55,235 bases of DNA from Girardia tigrina (GCA_001938485.1 MQRK01234412.1:1-55235), one strand, 5' to 3'; positions 23,713-37,731 are shown, counted from the first letter of the stretch. Notes: generated from the letters alone by a model not told the origin. Numbers and translations: made by a program.

Positions 23713-24536
23713 TACTATCATAAAAAACCTTGAATGGTTAAATGCTGGATAACTACAGTGAAATATACGAAACTATATTAAGTTTAAGAATTAATTTTTA
23801 AAATTTTATGTTTAAGTATTAACATAAAAAAAGTAAAAATAAAATTTATTCGAGAGGTAATTAAGGTGTCATAATTTCTTTATGTGATTGGTTTACGTAT
23901 TATTCTTTTCAATTTGGAATTTCAGTTATTAATATTGTTGTTTCTGTAGCAGCGCAGTTGAAGCGTTTATCGTTATTTTGTAAAACCATAAAGATGGGAA
24001 GAGGATGTTCGTTCAATTTGGTGTCAGTATTTTTATTATTATTATTTTTATTCTAATTATTTTTATTTTCACCATTATTTTTATTATCATTATTATTTTT
24101 ATTAAAATTTTTTTTAAATATAAATATATATACAACATACAGTCCTGATTATTTGGTCCCTCTCTGTACAACACAGCACACTCTTTGGCATCGGAATTCC
24201 GCATCAGAACCCGCAAACAACCGTCGATTCTCGCTCTAAAGAGGGCGGCTCTCCGTTCGCTAAAGACCATCGAAATGCTTCGGATCTCTCGGAGCTTCCA
24301 TCCTGCCCATCACTGTTGGTTTCGACCGATCGATCGATTTTACGATCCACCCGAAACTTGGACCGACGAATGCTTGCCGATATTCGGCATCGAAAGCAGT
24401 TTCAACTCAGCGCCGAACAGCTCATCCTCGCCCAAGCGCAATCGAAACGATACCATTTCACCAGCAATCATTTGAATAATTTGTGTTATCATCAGAAATA
24501 AATAATTATCATGATTAATTATTATTTAGTAATTAA

Positions 24537-25424
24537 ATAGTTATCATGAAGAAGGATGGGACTTTTTCGATTGACCAATCCCGGACAAAGGGTTTTCAAT
24601 TTTTTATGCATTTCATCAATTTCATGACAGTACCTCTCCGCTGTGATTGTTTCACCTGGATTCAAGAAACTATAGTGGATGATTCCAGCATCACACCACC
24701 AAACTGTCACCATAAACTTACGGGGTGTTAGTTTCGGTTTTGGAAAGTGTTTCGGTAGTGGTACAGATCGACGTCGGTTATCATACAGGATTCATTTCTC
24801 TTCACAGGTAACAATACGATCAAGAAATGGATTGTTTTTATTGCGAAGATGATTGGCAGAACAAATTTCATAGCGTCGGTTCTTTTGATTTTCATTCAAA
24901 TCATGTGGAACTCATTTATCAAGTTTCTTGATTTTTCCAAGTTGTTTTAAATNNNNNNNNNNNNNNNNNNNNNNNNNNNNNNNNNNNNNNNNNNNNNNNN
25001 NNTTGCGAAGATGATTGGCAGAACAAATTTCATAGCGTCGGTTCTTTTGATTTTCATTCAAATCATGTGGAACTCATTTATCAAGTTTCTTGATTTTTCC
25101 AAGTTGTTTTAAATGATCCAGAACTGTTGAATGACTAATGCCCAACCCACCTGCAAGTTCTCTGATTGTTGTACGGGTATCTGTTTCCACCATTGTCCTC
25201 AAATTGTCGTTGTTCACAGCAACTGGACGACCACGACCTTCTTCATCTTCAAGGTTTTCATCTCCATCANNNNNNNNNNNNNNNNNNNNNNNNNNNNNNN
25301 NNNNNNNNNNNNNNNNNNNTGTTCCCTTGCCAAACGCTTTATTGATATTGCGAGCCGTTTCTGCTGCTTTACGATCCAGTTTAAATTCGTACAAGAAAAT
25401 TGCTCGAATTTCAATTTTTTCCAT
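24537..25424 (-). mobile_element. mariner (cecropia/Hsmar1-like) transposase pseudogene
   Basis: MEKIEIRAIFLYEFKL...ETARNINKAFG...GRGRP...KKLDK*VPHDL...DRIVTCEEK*ILYDN...MVTVWW...IIHYSFLNPGETIT...PILLHDN, truncated after the second D. 24841-24952 is duplicated across an N gap. Confidence 0.93.
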
Positions 25425-27392
25425 TATTAATTTAGCACCGTAAATATTCTAAAAAATAATCATTTAACATATAAAATTTAAGTACAATTAAAACAAAATA
25501 ATCGAAAAGAGCATAAAACATAAAAAGCAAAAGAATTCGCACAAAAATGTAAGAATTGTGATAAGTAGATAACAAGAAGTGCCGAAATATATGCAAAATA
25601 ATATAAAAAATATAAATATCGGTAGAAAAACGAATAATTACGGACCAATAATCAATAAAATCAGAATAACGTATGCCAATGAATAGATAAAAATCCGCAA
25701 AAATCATGATAAATTCCCAAATAATTTTACGAACAAAACAAAACAAAAAAGTACAAAAATCCGTTAAGAATTCGTGAAGAAACAATAAAATTGAAATAAA
25801 AATAATAAATCAATAAATAACGAATAATGAATCAATTCTGAAAGATCAAGCAAGTTAAATAGTGGAAAAATCATTAAAATATCTGGACGCCACTGAAATA
25901 AATTCCAATCAATCCGAAATAGCGTAATAACGGGATAATATTAAATATCCACCGAAGCCGCAGCAAATACAGATTGGAAGATGTAATAAAATAAGCAAAT
26001 TATAAGCGGAAAAATTCTCAAAAATTACCAAAAAATCAGAAATAAACGGATTAACGAAAATAATCGAACTCCGCATAAAAATCCGATTGAAATCGATGTG
26101 GAAAATAAAAACCGAAGAAATCACGCGCATAACGAACATCAGTAAAATCGTAAAATAATTCAAAACCCATAATCAATCAACATGATAATTACCGTGAAAT
26201 ACAATTATCGAAAAATTCCGAAAGATAAAACCAAAAGTTTCAGTCAAAATCAGAAAAAAAGTTAAAATCAAATTTATACGAATATAATAAATAAATAAGT
26301 CACCACTCTCCTCCGGATTGTCACTGAGGCGGGCCTGTACATTATGCCGGCTCCAGGAGGTAAAAAATGAATTAAAATGTATAAAAATAGAAAGGTCAAA
26401 CTAAAATATACGAAAACACTTACTTTGCGGTGGAATTTCCGCATGGGGGTTAGAATGTGCGCGTAAAGCATCGTCACTGATATGATGAAATTAATCCGGA
26501 TAAACAACGATGCTTCGAAGGTCCGGGAAAAGGCTGGAAAAATTATCAAAATTAGTAAAATTAAAACAAAATAAAAGTACTTACCCGGTTAGTCATCGAT
26601 CCAAAATTTTCTAAAATTTTTTAATTTTAGAAAGTCCAAAAATGGAACTGACCTGTTCCAATCGAAATTGGTCGTACGACTCCAAAACATACGTGGACCA
26701 ATTAAGATTGGACACGCAAAGATTTTAGAATGAAAAACCAGTATATAAACAGCGAGAATTTTAGACAAAATCATACAATTTTTGAAATAAATTTCAGTCT
26801 TAAAGCACATAAATTAAGACTTAGAAGACTTAAAGAAGCGCATTTGAGAATAACAAATTAGCAACTAGACTTTCTGAAAGGTTGGTATTGTTGGATCTTC
26901 GTGACCGAGAGAAAGAGTAGCGGGTTACTCTCTCGGGTCCCGAATATTTAAATTTTTTGTTATCGAAACGTTCGGTTTCATTTTAGTTATTGTAAATAAT
27001 TTTTATTTTTTAAATTAATTCAGTTCGAGTACCCTTGGGTAGGGTCAGGCTTAAAATCAAACAAACATAAATTCTTGAAGGCTGGTTCCGGCATGCGTTT
27101 TATCGCGGCCAGAATAAGTCCCCGGTATATGAGGTCTATGAGTGACAACAAAGCTCAAGAGTTCATACCGGAAGGCAGTTTCGGAATCCGACTGCTATCT
27201 TTCATGACCGTTTTCGCAGAATAGAGACGAATCACGATCAATGACTCATATTTTACTCTTGTTAATCTTTTGTAGATGTTTCAGTAGATTGAGTTAGCCA
27301 AAGCCAAGCGTACCATCGAGCGGCTTCAAGCTGAAAATAAGTTATTGAAGAGAAGCAAAGCGACTGATCCCAAAGAGATATCAAATCTTCGT

Positions 27393-27961
27393 GACGTAGT
27401 GTTATGATGAAGAAAGAAATGCTGAATAAATTTTTACTGCTCCTTGCTTGACTATAATTTAAGAACGACGAATCAACAACTCATATAAACCCAAAGAGAT
27501 AAATTTATTTTTGAAAACATTTAACAACGCTATTGATGCTTTTGCGGATTCAAAGATATTCAATTTAAAGATATTCAAGGAAGCCTCAATCGAGCCTGAG
27601 GAGTACGCCTGTGTGGTCAGACGGGGTGTTGCAATGGAGAGCCGAATAAGAGAGCTCGAGCGTCTTTATTCAGAGCAGTTACAACTCCAGCTGAGGCAGA
27701 AACTAAGGGCCGATGAAGGGAAAGAGTCGCGCACCTTAGGAACGCAATGGCAGATCGTGGATTATCGAGGTGTTGATTACGTGAACCGACGAAAGCGGCA
27801 GGGAATCCGCAAAAGCATCAATAACGTTGTTAAATGTTTTCAAAAATAAATTTATCTCTTTGGGTTTATATGAGTTGTTGATTCGTCGTTCTTAAATTAT
27901 AGTCAAGCAAGGAGCAGTAAAAATTTATTCAGCATTTCTTTCTTCATCATAACACTACGTC
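27393..27961. repeat. 159-bp inverted repeat with 251-bp spacer
   Basis: 27393-27551 is the reverse complement of 27803-27961, with one mismatch seen. Confidence 0.95.
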
Positions 27962-28442
27962 TTGACACTAAAATCATACACATAAATGGAGGATTTGCGT
28001 TAGGGTATTCGAGCCTACACTTTTGTAAATGAATTCATAATACTTAAAATAATAAAAGATGGAATGTTGTCATAGCTATCATACCTGCAAAGAGGGTCTA
28101 ACATAACAAGATGAAATCTACAGTATCGTGTCTGGGATCATCACAGCAATATTCGAATATAACAACACATCATACCCACTAGGACTGATCTGGTCTATCT
28201 GGTCTTAAACCTGTGTAGATCTGGAACCTGGAAGGTCCTCATCACCTATCACTGCGTGCAGATGATATGGGGGTTTAGAGGTAAGTTGTGGTCACAGACA
28301 TCGAGATGTTAGGGGTTAAAATATACACGCAGAGGCTACATTAATGTAATAGTGTTTTATGGTTGGTTACCGATAACCTGGGGGCTCAAAGTCAAACAAC
28401 TCAGTTTCCGAAGATATGTTCACATGTTTTGCAAACCACAGA

Positions 28443-28489
<47 letters not shown>

Positions 28490-28494
<5 letters not shown>

Positions 28495-29276
28495 AGTATA
28501 GTAGTTAATAAAAGTATTTCATAAAAATTTTGTTTTAATTAATAGATAAAATAAAATATTATTTATCTGTTTACTATAATAAATATAATTTATATATAAA
28601 CAATTAAATTAGAAATAGTTAAAAAGGTAAATAATCATGATTGAGTAAATTAATATTTATCATAAGAAAATAAATAAAGAATCTTTAAAAGTAAATAAAA
28701 GGAAATTAAATTAATTAGAGTAGTATAAAAAGAGCAAGGTTTTAGGAGAAAGGAGTCCTTAATTATATAAACAGAAGAAGACAAAGGTCAAAGAAAACAA
28801 AAGTGCAAACATTATATTCTATAAAATTGACTACGTGGATCAGCAGCAGTTGATTTATTTTTCTCATAATCAAAACAACAGCTGACTCAATATTCCACGT
28901 CGACAAACCAAACAGCTGTTTTTGTTAAAGACTAGAGAGCTCAAACTAGAGCTCAATATAAACTAGAGAGCTCAATTGAAAGTAAACATAAGAGAATCAG
29001 AGATTTGGAAAAACAGCGAAGTACGAATTAGCCCCTAATCATATAATTTATATATGTGCTTAAATTATATTTTTATGTACTTTAAAATATTCTGGAAGCA
29101 AGCGAAATATTGCTTCTTCTTCTATCCAACCTGAAAATTCATTAATAGGTTAAGTTCCTCTAAATAAATTTTGATTCAAATATTTTGTACATCTTGTGAA
29201 TAACAATAAATATTTTTAATAGTCTTAGTGTTTGATTTTCTGTTTAAAATAAAAGAATCACCTAGATATCCCAACA
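28490..29276 (+). mobile_element. Solo LTR inserted in a (TA)n microsatellite
   Basis: T(A)TTGAGTATA...ATCCCAACA, homologous to 21102-21909; TA repeats on both sides. Confidence 0.72.
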
Positions 29277-32200
29277 TATATATATAATGTTATTTTTCTT
29301 TTCTCTTTTTCTCTTTAACTTTAATAAATTTTTTTTCTTTAATATAAATATTATTTAAAAACAAGAAACAAAATATCATTATTTAATAAACGAAATCGAA
29401 CAAATATAGAGAAGGAAATTTGGTTTACTATTTGATTTTTGTTTTTAATTCATTTAATTTAACTTTGGCCTTAAAATGACGATTAAAAATATTTGATTAA
29501 TTAATATTTATTAATTGTATTTTATCCGTGTTATATAATTTCATAACTTATTGATTAATTTTCATTCATGATAATAAATAAAATAAATAAGTAATAAATA
29601 AATTAATACTGTTAATTAATACTTACCTATTATTGAGTTTTCGCTTTATTACCATTAATTTTATCGTTATATTAATATTAATGAGTTAAGATTATTATTT
29701 ATAATGTTTATTATTGGAAAATGCTTATTATCAAACTGATTATTTATTTTATAAAGATAAACCATGATGTAGAATTAGTTAAATTCTGCTTCAATAATGG
29801 ATATAAATTCTAAAAACTTTTTTTAGACAATATGAAAAATAACTTCCATAATGTTCAATCCACGAAGGTAATTTTGCCTATTTAAAAAAAATTATAGAAT
29901 CAACGAGATGATTTCCAAATTTCCTTAAATTTTGTAAAATAAAAATAATAAATAAAATAATTCAGTTCATGAGAATTATATTAGTCAACAACAATTTAAC
30001 TGAAGGATAAAAAACAAGCAAGTACGTGGTGTTTCGGCAAAACCATCAATATTCAAAAAACTAATTTTTGTTTATACAAATCAAAATAAATATGTATAAT
30101 GACACAATTTCAATTTCAATATTGATTTTAAAATTTCTGAATGTTAAATAAATAAAGCGCTCTTCAATGAAGTCTGCCATTTGTTTTTGACTAATAATTA
30201 TTTTCGATTCCTGTAAGCTATCCAGGCAATGCAATTGCTCGGTCCAGACCGATTCACACCTCTCTCGAGGTATCGGTGCCCAGATACAACGCAGATCGAC
30301 TGACCGGTCGAAATAACCGTCGACCGAAATAGAACCAGTCGTAAAGTGGGGATCGAGAGGCCACGTAGAACTACCACGAGTCGGTCGCTGGTCCGACATC
30401 CGATGACGTGCCAACCGATCGCCACCGGACTCGATCGAGACACGAATACCGTCAAACCATCATGGCGATCTTCCCGGGTACCAAGTCCCAGCACGTCTAA
30501 GCGGTACTGGCCGCCGCCACTTGGTCCGGCTGCCGCACTGCAAAGTAATAACTTAAAAAGGAAAATTGTCAGAGTAAGGAATCAACAATAAGTAAATTAA
30601 AATTAGTTACTTCAGTTTGTTCTGAAATTAACTACTAGTAGTTCTTAATTTAATTGAATATCGAAAATTAGCAGGATCAAATATATTTGTGGAGTAAATT
30701 TTATTTTATTTGAAGATTTTGAATGAATATAATCCATATTTGTCAGATAGGTTCTTGAAATTTAGATGATTTAGAAGTTTCTTTTTCGAATCTTTTATTT
30801 TTGTTTCAGTAAAAGTTCGTTGAATTGATTAGGACAAATATTCTGAATTTCTTTCCTTTGTTAATTCAAGATTCTGCTTTGTAAAGCTTGGTTTGAAATG
30901 AGAAGAGCAATCATGAGTCTTGTGAACGTCCAAAATGTTCAGCAAATGATTGTTCCTCTAGTATTATTAATTTAATTTTTTAATCTATTCTTTTTTGAAT
31001 TTTTATTCCATAAATTTAATATTTCTTTGAAAACAAATTATATTATTTTAATTTATACATAGTTGTCTCGGAGTCAACCATTTGGAGATAGCAGATTAAA
31101 AAATTGCTCCCCGAATGGTACATCACCCGAAAAACTTACTGATGTAAAGAAAAAAATAAAATATTATTTATTTATTATAATATTATATGTGCGAATGAGA
31201 AGATACAACAGTCTATTAAATATTTTGAGGGAGATGAAATTGTTGTAATACTATAGTACCAATATAAAATTCTTATTAATTGTTGTATTAATATCATATA
31301 CATGAAATGTAAATATCTATTGCCATAAACACAATTCCTATGAAAATCACTTTAACAATTTAAAAAAAATTAAAAATATTATATTATACATTATTATTAT
31401 TATTATTAAATTAATCTAGGTAATAACTATTGCATATACTACACCATATTTTAAGAAGTTAATCTGGAAGCGAATTATTATATTTCTCAAACTCTATCCA
31501 GTGAGTTGAAAATATTTAGCAAAAGTATTTGTATTGGTGTTAATATATATCACTGATATCATATCATGATAAAAAAATTAGATATAACTGCGGAAAATTA
31601 TAGATTAGAAAAAGTATTCTACTAATCATATCTGTAGTAAAAATATTTTTTGAATAAATACTTGGAGTCGAAAGAGTTTTTGTTACAAAAATATGGTAAT
31701 TATTATTTTAAATTATGTGATAAATAACATATATATTTCAATTAAATTGATATCCCTTAATTTATTCAACCAACTGTTACATTATTTTTTAATCTCCTAA
31801 TCAGTTTCATTTTTAGTAACTTTTTAAACTAAATTTGGAAGTCTCTTTGAAAAAGTCTCTTAGATAAATTTTAAATTTAAGATAAAGTTTGGGTTCCTTG
31901 CTATAAAGATCCTATCGATACATTATTTTTGGGGATAAGTTTTCATAACTTTTGACATTACTATATTGCCATCAAGTTGTAAATTGTAATTACATATATA
32001 GTTCACACTAAAATACGTACTCTCAAATTTCTTTAAGACCCACTTTAACTCAAAAATGTATAAATTTCCATTCATTTGAAAATATTGGGCACCCCTAATG
32101 TTGATTCGTACACTGAGCATGTCTCAATAGTTAAAAAATATTTTTCCTGAAATCTGAATTTTGTGCCGTGCTGGTTCAGTCATGTAATGTTGGTATTATT

Positions 32201-32831
32201 TATTCATTTGTCGTGTTGTAATTAATTAATATTTATTCTAAATGGATCAATTTAATTTATTTGTACTGTTTGATTTCATTATTGTCTGTTTAGACTATCT
32301 GATAATCTTATTTTTAATTTTCTTCTATAATTTCTTCTATATAAAAATTTGAAAAGGTAGATCATTATTTTCAAAACTCCAAACAATTTTGAAATATAAT
32401 ATTAATGTTTAATGGTGTTTTAAAGTTTTTATGCTGGTTGAATTGCAAATATTTCGTAAATAATTTAAAAAGTAATTTATATTTGTCATTAATTATAAAT
32501 ATCTAAATGTTTGTGTTTTTAATTATTTGAAATAATAATAATTATTATTGTTTTTTTTGTAATTTTAGCACTCATAATGACTTTGTACATTTTATATGAT
32601 AAATTAAATGAAAATTCCACTATATGATATATTTAGTTCAATGATTTTTTGTCGAAATTAATAAAAACAATATTGAAAAAACATTTAGAATTTATCTAAT
32701 AAAATATTTTTTTGTCAATTAACTGAATAATAAAAATACTAATATCAACAGATATTAATTTCAATTTAACACTTTGTTTAATCAAACTCAATCCATAGCA
32801 AATAATAACTCACAAATTCAAAAATATCGAA

Positions 32832-35800
32832 ATGACTCAAGTTTTAGGACCCCAAGTGCCCGATCAAACGTACACGTTTTCCAGTCATCCTAGTGCCATT
32901 CAAAATCGAAATAAATATCGAGAGAAAGCTAAATTAGCGTTAGAAAAAATATTTCATTGTATTTTAATTGTATTGTTTCGCAATCTTCGATTTTAATTGA
33001 ATATTTTATGCAACGATATTCATTTTAGGGATGAATCTGTGACTCTGAGATATGGGAACCTAATGTACGATAGGCGAGTCGTCAGAGGAAACACCCATTC
33101 TCAACATTTGCTGCCGATAACGGCTCAACCGGATTCCTTAGAACTGCAGCGGCAACAAGAGTCAAGGAGACGTGCTATTGCCAAGAAACGAGCTCGGGAA
33201 CAACTGCGACCAAAGACTCCTGAAGCAGTCGATGGTCGTCAACACCAAGATGTCCAAACTGAACTGTATCTCGAGGAACTGATCGACCGAATAGAAGAGG
33301 CCGATGTCGAGGCACAAACAGATGACTTTCTTGATCGGCCATCGACTCCTCTATTCGTACCAGCAAAAAGTGGAGTCGATATTTCCACGGAAATTTTACC
33401 AGGAGATGTATGACTGTCGGATAAAAGTCTCACAGCGTTTAATAATTGGATTATTTCAGTTATTCCATTTCGATACCGAAGTGAAACAGATTTTAGAAGT
33501 ACTTGTTGGCAAAACTCTTGAACAGTCATGCTTAGAAGTCCTTGAAGAAGAAGAGTTGGAAAAATTCCGGTGTCAACAAAGAATGTTTTTAGAGTTGAGA
33601 AACGCTGAAAAAGTAGAACAACAAAGATTAGAAGAACAAGACAAACGTTTGAGGTTTCAAATAAATATTCTTTGTATAATGATTGATGATTGCTTAAACA
33701 AAACATTAAAAAATTAATCCATTATTATCATACAATCTTTCCATAAAATCATGTAAGGCTTTTTAAGTCACTTCTCTTAAATCCTATCACGTATACATAC
33801 TACACAATTATGATTAATATATTCAAGTACAAAATTTGAACTAAGTTAATAATAAACATTGAAACATTTCTGATACAATGTCAGCGGCATATTTTGTTTT
33901 CATTTTTAATTTACGTCTTCGTTGAATAAATACATATAATTTTGTGTCGGACAAAACTTGTTTTCCAATCCTTTGTACATGTACATCCAAATAAGCTTTT
34001 AAATCCAAAGTGGACATTTAATTGTGTACTAATAAAGAGAACTGTGTATCTTTCTTAATGGTCAATTAAGAAAGAAGCGTTTCCTCAGATGTTTTGGTAC
34101 TGCATACGCCACCCTTGTAAATAAGAGATTAACATGAATATTTCTTGTCGTTGTAATTTATATCCCTTTCACATCGATGTTAGTGAAACCAATTTAAGTT
34201 CTGATGATGGTGATAACTTTCAAAATCGAATGAAGTTAACATCTTGCTTCTTATCTAGGTGAAGTTATATCTTGGTATGGAGGAAGAAGTTGAAGTCTTA
34301 GCTTAGGCAACACTGTTGATAATCTGCAATACGTACCATCCACCAATATTGAGACTGAAAGAGAGTACAAAACTGTTTTTCAAACTCAGAATCCGGAGGG
34401 TCCATGAAAAGACAACCACATTCATTAATTAATTATCATTTCGTCAATTATAATAAAAAATAACTTTTCCAATTTAGAAATATTTGGTAATAACTCCGAT
34501 GTTATTAACTCAAACTGATTTAGTAAACTTTTATTATTCTTATCTTTATTCTATTTTTTTTATTTTCTAAATTCATTCATTACAAGTCAGTTTATTAAAA
34601 CAATAAAGAAAGGAATTTTGATTGCTTTGTCTTTATTTCTAATTTTCACAATCAGAGAAGAAAAGAATAGAAGAATGCAACAACAAATAGAAATAATTCG
34701 TGTGGAGAAAGAAACAACAGAAAAAATCGCAACAAAAGTATTTGCTCAGAGTTATTTGACGGATCTAGTGCCGACAGTTTTCGGTACTCTATTAGATCAC
34801 GGATACTTTTTCGATCCAGTGGAAAGAGGTATCGATCTTTTGTGACGAAATGAAGCATTAAGTAGTTGTTTAGATGTGGAACAAGGATTCTTACCTTGGC
34901 TAATGCAGTCTGTATGTCAAGAATTGGAGCAACAAAATGAGGCCCGACTAGTGTTGGATATGATCATTCGACAGGTTTATTACTTTATTATTAAAGTATT
35001 ATCTTGTCTCTTATTATTTAAGGAAGTTATATAATATGATCACTAAGAGAGAGATATTTGTAACAATTGTAACATATACCATGTTTCAAATTTCATTTCT
35101 CCATTATTTTTACGGGCACTTTTTGCTCAAGAAAAACGATAAAAAACGACTTGAAGAAAATATCCATAACTGTGGAGGGCCGAGTAGCAATTGTCTTGAA
35201 ATAGGAAAACTCAAGCAGACTCTCGGTCGAATGGAAAGTCATTACTAGTAAACTAACATATACTAAATTTAATATTTTCTTCGTAGTTTCTAACTTAAGA
35301 CCAACTAGCTATCACACAGTCCTATCCGAATGAGATTTTCAGCACTCTTAGTAAATCTAAAATTTTATTAATTAATAATAACACAATTTTGTGGTCAAAT
35401 TTTCAGAAGACATAGTATGAGTTCCTACCAATATATGTAAGTTCAAAGGGAAAATATAATAAAATAGTGAAAAAGCAACATATTTCCTCGAAAATAGCTC
35501 TTCCTCCGTTCGGCATTGTGAAAGTTTGTCTATAAAATATGGAATTCTTAGAGACAATGCTAATACAGCTCAACGACAGGTTGAGTCTTTCTCTGTGTTG
35601 ACCACTACTTTTTATGATAAAACGAAGTACGAAAAATTGATTATAATAATTCACTGTATAATTATATAATGACTACAGGGGTTTTTCAAGCCAGCCACAC
35701 GTCTCGTTTAGAACATTATACGTGAAATCTCTTTCATCTTTTAATAGTTTTCCTTGTTCTATTTCTTATAGATTTTTTTGGATTTAAATTTTTAAGAAAC

Positions 35801-37680
35801 ATAATTCTTGTTTCCTTTTTTGGAGAAAAAAATCATGAGGAGACATGCTTGTTAGCGTCAGCGAATTTAGATATTCTAGTGAAATTGAAAGCATCACCAA
35901 GATCTTAAGAAATTAGAGAGTTAGCACTGTAATTCCCATTCACCTCTTAATATTAATTATAAAATCTCCTTAACTTTTATTTTATTTTTACATTTAAAGT
36001 TATTAGTGGTTCTTGGAAAATCGTCAGAATTATTAGTATCAGACATTAAAACTTTTATTATACCACAAAAAATGTTTAAATCTAATATTTAAACAATTTT
36101 TTTTTGAGAAACTATTTGTTTCATAAATCTTAAACCGATATAGATAAAAATACATATAAATATTCATATTTGCTTTTTTTATTACTTCTATAATTACGAT
36201 AACACTTTAAAATATTTAATCGTTTTATTTAATTTTATTACTTTTTTAAAATCGTTTCACATAAAAATTATACACTTTTTTTTACTTTTTATATTATATT
36301 AAAACTCTCAAAAATTTTTATTAGCAATTTAATTTTAGTAATTTTATTTTTTCGAATGTTACATATTTAATTATATAAAAATTTTAATTTGTACATATTT
36401 AATATAACTTTCTTTCAAAAATTTTCCTAACGTTTTTAATTCCTAACAAAAGTCATTTATTCAATTATCAATTATCTACTTACATAATTATTATCTACTT
36501 ATAATCTACTTATCTATCTTATAAATAGACGATCAAGCGTGGTGCACATACAACATTGAAGGGTTATATATATATATATATAAAGTCGAGATAATCTATT
36601 CATGTCCATATCATCATAATACAAATGGGATAGTGGAAAGACAATTTCGAACAATCAGAGATGCTATAAATATTAGAAGAATGACGGAAACCACAGAGAT
36701 TGGACAGAAGTTTTGTCGGAAATAGAATTTATGTTGAATAGTACAGTTCAAGCTATGAAAGGTGTTTCACCGACTGAAATAATATTTGGGAGACGATTAA
36801 GACATTGGTGAAAGAACAATAAAGAAACTAACGGAAACCAAGTTAATGTCGTACAAAATGTGGAGACAAGAAGAGTTTTTGAAGTTGAAGACAGAGTGTT
36901 GATAAAAAAAGAAAATATATGAAAATAAGATGACCGTTACATAGGTCCGGCAATTGTGTTGAAACGGAATCACGAAAGGAGTTACGAGTTACAGTTCCAA
37001 GATGATAGAACTTTGATTAGAAATGTTGAATGGCTAAAGCCATTTATACTGAGGGGGATGTGAGGAATGTTTTGAATTATATATATATATANNNNNNNNN
37101 NNNNNNNNNNNNNNNNNNNNNNNNNNNNNNNNNNNNNNNNNATATATATATATATATATATATACTTCGATTTTACGCCGCATCCTTATGCGATATTTTA
37201 TAATAAACGCCGCATTTTTATGATTTTTTTCTCTTTTTAAAAAAACCGTTCAATTGTCTTTAAACTAAAAAATCTTGAAAATTATATTTGTGACGGAAAA
37301 AAATATTAACGCCGCACCTTCGAATCAGCATTTGAAATAAACATCGCGGCGTTAAATCGAAGTAATATGGTATATAATTATTAAATGTAAAAATTATTTT
37401 AATTTAATTATCTATTATCTACTAACAATTGTATGTAGACGATAAAGTATAACGCAAATATGAAATTTTGTTATTATATATATGAAGAGAAAAAGAAAAA
37501 TTTTGGCACATATCATGAGAGGATAGTCACTGAGGCATTATTAATAAAGCATTAAAAACCATGCTTAAATGTTCAAAGTGTATTATCCAATCATATTAAA
37601 ATCTTTTAATATTTAAAAAAAAATTAAAAAAAAAGATTAATTGCGTAATAGTCAATGTGCCATATAAATGACTTGTGATT

Positions 37681-37731
<51 letters not shown>

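Noticed and set aside
24790-25080. TGA at conserved Trp positions of mariner, suggesting stop-codon reassignment
   Set aside because: Other relics show TGG>TAG and CGA>TGA too, CCT1 ends in TGA and RSPH3 uses TGG for Trp; ordinary GC>AT decay.
24841-25113. Tandem duplication within mariner
   Set aside because: Identical sequence either side of a 50-N placeholder gap; unmerged contig overlap.
21102-29276. Two related LTRs as the ends of one 8-kb element carrying cargo
   Set aside because: Copies are strongly diverged internally, each has its own flanks (AAAA versus TA repeat), and no PBS/PPT or gag-pol lies between them.
32790-32803. RFX X-box upstream of RSPH3 (CCATAGCAAA)
   Set aside because: Only an imperfect half-site (lacks terminal C and the 5' GTT half); plausible but not supportable.
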